Shown here: piece after piece, positions 43,187 through 46,612 of the stretch
Layout: the number at the start of each line of letters is the position of its first letter
Numbering within the stretch: the first letter of the stretch is position 1
From: a virus
Lineage: Duplodnaviria > Caudoviricetes
Virus record (IMG/VR): IMGVR_UViG_3300017700_000619
Span: 1 to 46,612 of that record
Reading direction: 5' to 3' (one strand)
Length of the DNA stretch: 46,612 nucleotides
The notes under the pieces: model-generated
The model's database searches: none
What the model was told of the DNA's origin: nothing
Seen by the model: the letters and a program-made list of their open reading frames with translations, nothing else
Position numbers and translations under genes: made by a program

Positions 43187-43309
43187 GATGAATACTCCTT
43201 CAATGCTTGAAGTACTTCACAAGTACTCGCTTGTAAAGGGCAGTTGAAAATAAATCTTGACAGGGTGCGCGTTACAAGGCGTTGTTGTGAGGAAGGTTCG
43301 GAGGGCGCG

Positions 43310-44017
43310 TTGCAGTATTTCGGCGGCAAACACAGAGTGGCGGAAAAACTGGTTGCTTTTATGCAGCCGTTTATCGACCGCGCAGACGCCTACGTGGAGC
43401 CGTTCGTAGGGGGCGCCAACATCCTCCGGCGCGTAAAGCACCCCAACCGCTACGCCTCTGACGCTAACGCGCACCTGATCTGCCTGTACCAAGCCTTGCA
43501 GCAAGGCTGGGAGCCGCCGGCAAACCTATCCGCGGACGAGTACAAAGCCTTGCGAAACGAACCTGTAGGCAACCCGCTCGTTGCTTTCGCCGGCTTCGGC
43601 TGTTCGTTCGCGGGGAAGTGGTTCGGCGGCTACGCGAAAGACGACGGGCAGCGGCGCTATGCTAGCGCCGCCCGAAATGTCTTGCTCAAGAAAGCGGAAG
43701 ACACGCAAGGCGCTAAGTTTTCAGCGGCCGGCTACGCCGACGTAGTCGTGCCGAGCCGTGCGGTAGTGTACTGCGACCCTCCATACGCCGGGACAACTGG
43801 CTATTGCGGGGTGCCGGGCTCGTTTGACTCCGCAAAGTTCTGGGAGTGGGTGCGCGAGATAACCCGCCTAGGCGCTACCGTATTCGTCAGCGAGTACACC
43901 GCGCCGGGTGATTTCATAGAAGTTCTCAGCATCGCCACCAAGACGGAGATCCGCACGTCCGCTAACGGGCGCGAGGACCGCGTCGAACGGCTGTTCACCT
44001 ACAGCGAGTTCGCCTAA
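43310..44017 (+). CDS. DNA adenine methyltransferase (Dam/D12 class)
   Basis: Y.GGK, EPF.GG.N and DPPY motifs; probable TTG start at 43310 after SD GGAGG. Confidence 0.9.
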   Translation: MQYFGGKHRVAEKLVAFMQPFIDRADAYVEPFVGGANILRRVKHPNRYASDANAHLICLYQALQQGWEPPANLSADEYKALRNEPVGNPLVAFAGFGCSFAGKWFGGYAKDDGQRRYASAARNVLLKKAEDTQGAKFSAAGYADVVVPSRAVVYCDPPYAGTTGYCGVPGSFDSAKFWEWVREITRLGATVFVSEYTAPGDFIEVLSIATKTEIRTSANGREDRVERLFTYSEFA

Positions 44018-44334
44018 TGCTTGAACGTAAAGTCTCTGCCTACCTCAACAAGCGCGTCAAGGAACTCGGCGGCGAGATCCGCCGAGTTCAGTGGATCGGG
44101 CGCCGCAACGCGCCCGACAAGCTGGTCATGTTGCCCGGCGCGCACGCCTATGTGGAGGAGAAGCGGACGGGGGCTGACGCCGAGGCCGCGCAGAAGCGGG
44201 AGCACCAGAGAATGGCGAAGGCGGGGATGTGGGTGCGGGTTGTTGACAGCGTCGAGGATGTGGACCGGCTGCTGTCTCGGCTCGCTGCGGAGACTGAGTT
44301 GGCCGCTCGTCCGTCGCGGGTAGGCTCGTGGTAA
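44017..44334 (+). CDS. VRR-NUC nuclease
   Basis: E......L...VK..GG, PD, YVEEK, Q..EH..M motifs. Confidence 0.88.
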   Translation: MLERKVSAYLNKRVKELGGEIRRVQWIGRRNAPDKLVMLPGAHAYVEEKRTGADAEAAQKREHQRMAKAGMWVRVVDSVEDVDRLLSRLAAETELAARPSRVGSW

Positions 44335-44492
44335 AGCTCCGCGATCCCCTCTCCCAAATCCTGGAGGACGCCGAGGACAACGACGCGGACACCTTCGCGC
44401 CGCTGGATCTGGACGGCCTGCACCTGTTCGTGCCGGTGAAAGTGCAGGCGGCGCGGGTACGGCGCAAGGTGACGCGGAGGCGGAAGAAATGA
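44328..44492 (+). CDS. 54-aa hypothetical protein with acidic centre and basic tail (not in the ORF track)
   Basis: Fills the gap and is ATGA-coupled to the next ORF. Confidence 0.4.
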   Translation: MVKLRDPLSQILEDAEDNDADTFAPLDLDGLHLFVPVKVQAARVRRKVTRRRKK

Positions 44493-44710
44493 CCGAGTTA
44501 ATAGCTGTTTGCACGGCCAAAAAACACACAGCGAGCGGCCCTAAAAAGAACGGCGGCCGTTGGTGGAACCCTGACGTGTACCATCTGCGCCGTTCCGGTA
44601 TGACCACGTATTGCGGCCGGGATCTTACGGAGTGGCTGACAATCGGGCCAATCGAAAAGATAGACCACAACTGCTGCGCCCGGTGCGCTAAAGCCGTCGG
44701 CCTCGCTTGA
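44489..44710 (+). CDS. Small His/Cys-containing protein
   Basis: H...T.CG...C..C pattern. Confidence 0.6.
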   Translation: MTELIAVCTAKKHTASGPKKNGGRWWNPDVYHLRRSGMTTYCGRDLTEWLTIGPIEKIDHNCCARCAKAVGLA

Positions 44711-46071
44711 GCAAGCCCCTTCTCCTGCACCCCTACCAGCGTGAGATCGTCGCCCACCAATGCGACGTGGCCCGCGGCGCCACGTTCGCAGGCATGGGCA
44801 CGGGCAAGACGAGCTCGACGCTCACCACGATCGACACGCTGCAATGGGAGGGCTTCGGCCCCGCCCTCGTGTTGGCCCCGCTGCGCGTGGCCCAGAGCAC
44901 CTGGCCCGACGAGGCGGCGAAGTGGGACCAGCTTTCGCACATGGAAATACAACCTATAGTTGGGGATGTGCGGGCGCGCGAACGCGCCCTGCGCAACTCC
45001 AACGCCTCCGTGTTCACGATGAACTACGAGAACCTACCATGGTTGAAGGAGCACGTTGGCGATGACTGGAAGTTCCCTATTGTGGTTCCAGACGAGGCCA
45101 CCAGGCTCAAAGGATTCCGAACTCGCCAAGGCGCTTCACGTCCCCGAGCCTTGGCGAAGATCGCGCACACCAAGGTCCAGCGCTGGATCAATCTCACTGG
45201 AACGCCTGCCCCCAACGGTATCGCTGACCTGTGGGGACCTACATGGTTTCTCGACGCCGGCGAACGACTCGGCCGATCCTTCTCTGCCTTTACAGAGCGC
45301 TGGTTTCGGCCGGATTACTCTGGCTTCGGCGTAATCCCCCTGCCCCACGCGCGGGCCGAGATCGAGGCGCTGCTCGCCGACATCTGCCTGACAGTACAAG
45401 GTTTGCCTGTGGACAAGCCGATCGAGAACGTCATACACGTCGACCTACCGGGCCGGGCGCGGGCGCTCTACCAGGATATGGAGAATACATATTTCGCCCT
45501 GCTCAGGGCGGACACCGAGGTTGAGGCGTTCAACGCCGCGGCCCGATCGCAGAAGCTGCTGCAGTTCGCAAGCGGCGCGGTCTACACAGACGACAAAGGG
45601 GCCTGGAGTGAAGTCCACGACGCGAAAATCAAGGCGCTCGAAAGCGTGGTGGAGGAAGCTGCCGGGATGCCCGTCCTCGTGGCCTATCACTTCCGAAGTG
45701 ATCTTGCCCGACTGCAGGACGCGTTTCCGAAGGCACGGACGCTGGACGCTGATCCACGTACAATACGCGAATGGAACGCGGGTAAGATCCCTATATTACT
45801 CGCACACCCTGCGTCTGCGGGCCACGGGCTCAACCTCCAGGACGGGGGCAACATCTTAGCGTTCTTCTCGGTCGACTGGAACCTGGAGCACCACGACCAG
45901 ATCATCGAGCGCATAGGCCCGATGCGGCAGAAGCAGGCTGGGCACAACCGGCCCGTGTTCATCCATTACATTCTGGCAAAGGACACCATTGACGAGATGG
46001 TGGTGGACCGGCTGCGCACAAAGCGCGATATACAAGCAGTTCTTTTAGAGGCAATGCGAAGGAGAAGCTGA
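44707..46071 (+). CDS. SNF2-family helicase
   Basis: MGTGKT, DEAT, LTGTP, HPASAGHGLNLQ. Confidence 0.93.
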   Translation: MSKPLLLHPYQREIVAHQCDVARGATFAGMGTGKTSSTLTTIDTLQWEGFGPALVLAPLRVAQSTWPDEAAKWDQLSHMEIQPIVGDVRARERALRNSNASVFTMNYENLPWLKEHVGDDWKFPIVVPDEATRLKGFRTRQGASRPRALAKIAHTKVQRWINLTGTPAPNGIADLWGPTWFLDAGERLGRSFSAFTERWFRPDYSGFGVIPLPHARAEIEALLADICLTVQGLPVDKPIENVIHVDLPGRARALYQDMENTYFALLRADTEVEAFNAAARSQKLLQFASGAVYTDDKGAWSEVHDAKIKALESVVEEAAGMPVLVAYHFRSDLARLQDAFPKARTLDADPRTIREWNAGKIPILLAHPASAGHGLNLQDGGNILAFFSVDWNLEHHDQIIERIGPMRQKQAGHNRPVFIHYILAKDTIDEMVVDRLRTKRDIQAVLLEAMRRRS

Positions 46072-46316
46072 TGCACGAACAGTTCGCCGAAAGCACAGAC
46101 GCGCCGCAAGCACTGGCCCGCCTTGTGGAGGAGCTAGGGGAATCGGTCGCCGCGGCCGGAAAGCTGCAGCGCTTCGGACCGCACTCCGTAAACCCTCTGC
46201 TTCCGGTCAAGGACCAAGTTACCAATATCCGCTGGCTCCTCGCCGAACTCGATGACGTGCGAGCCGCAGGCGAGAAGTTTGTTTATCACGCAAAACGCGC
46301 CGGGTGGATCGAATGA
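46071..46316 (+). CDS. MazG-like nucleotide pyrophosphohydrolase
   Basis: LVEELGE...ELDDV acidic metal-binding pattern. Confidence 0.65.
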   Translation: MHEQFAESTDAPQALARLVEELGESVAAAGKLQRFGPHSVNPLLPVKDQVTNIRWLLAELDDVRAAGEKFVYHAKRAGWIE

Positions 46317-46612
46317 ACTGGCGCCTCGCCTTCCTCCTTCTGTTCGCCTTCGTTGCAGGGATCACAACCCATAGTTGTGCGACCCACAAGCGAGCTGTCG
46401 AAAGCCAGGTCGCCCTGCAGAACTCGATCCTCCAGTACACGGCGTCGACTGTCGCCGCCCAGAAGGCCGAAGCCCAGCGCGTTATCGACATGCTGGCGAA
46501 GCCCGATCCCGTGCGTGAGGCCCAGAACCGGGCAATCCTTTCCGTAATCAAGGAGGTGCAGGATGCGCCGAACACTGATCGTTGCGTCAGCAGCCCTGCT
46601 GTCATGCTTGCC
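46313..46612 (+). CDS. Inner-membrane spanin (Rz-like), 5' part; continues through the junction to 189 (about 121 aa total)
   Basis: ATG at 46313 overlaps the stop of the upstream gene; MNWRLAFLLLFAFVAGI is an N-terminal TM segment followed by a helical region; in frame with ORF 1..189; overlaps a lipoprotein gene. Confidence 0.75.
   Translation, partial: MNWRLAFLLLFAFVAGITTHSCATHKRAVESQVALQNSILQYTASTVAAQKAEAQRVIDMLAKPDPVREAQNRAILSVIKEVQDAPNTDRCVSSPAVMLA
46490..46612. repeat. 123-bp exact terminal direct repeat (copy 2)
   Basis: Identical to 1-123. Confidence 0.97.

Noticed and set aside
46000-46034. Late-promoter motif on the plus strand upstream of the MazG-like and spanin genes
   Set aside because: GTGGTGGA is present, but no TAnnnT box lies at the 19-nt spacing. 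The copies at 4223, 39185 and about 45646 also lack a -10 box.

Overview
The window is a complete, circularly assembled bacteriophage genome. Bases 1-123 recur exactly at 46490-46612, giving a unit length of about 46,489 bp, and one gene (i-spanin) reads across the junction. It is a GC-rich podovirus. The minus strand carries a BPP-1/epsilon15-type virion module: terminases, portal, scaffold, capsid, cement, tail adaptor and nozzle, three ejection proteins, tailspike, holin and endolysin. An APSE/BPP-1-type replication module comprises a minus-strand primase-helicase and plus-strand Cas4-like nuclease, SSB, family A polymerase, VRR-NUC and SNF2 helicase. A GapR homolog points to an alphaproteobacterial host. 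I see no integrase, reverse transcriptase or CRISPR array. The most unusual features are: (1) a ~235-nt ncRNA made of two tandem, circularly permuted, anticodon-less tRNA-like modules (YrlA/Y-RNA-like) with no Ro60 gene in the genome; (2) a 3081-aa ejection protein whose zincin-like peptidase domain is interrupted by ~940 aa of cargo modules, each ending in a recurring YAQ/LFQ motif; (3) a repeated late-promoter motif GTGGTGGA-N19-TAnnnT, partly leaderless; (4) a second structured intergenic RNA with a possible pseudoknot; (5) a minigene (MKS) transcription unit; (6) a Tad2-family sponge with other counter-defence candidates. All family assignments come from motif recognition by eye, not from database searches.
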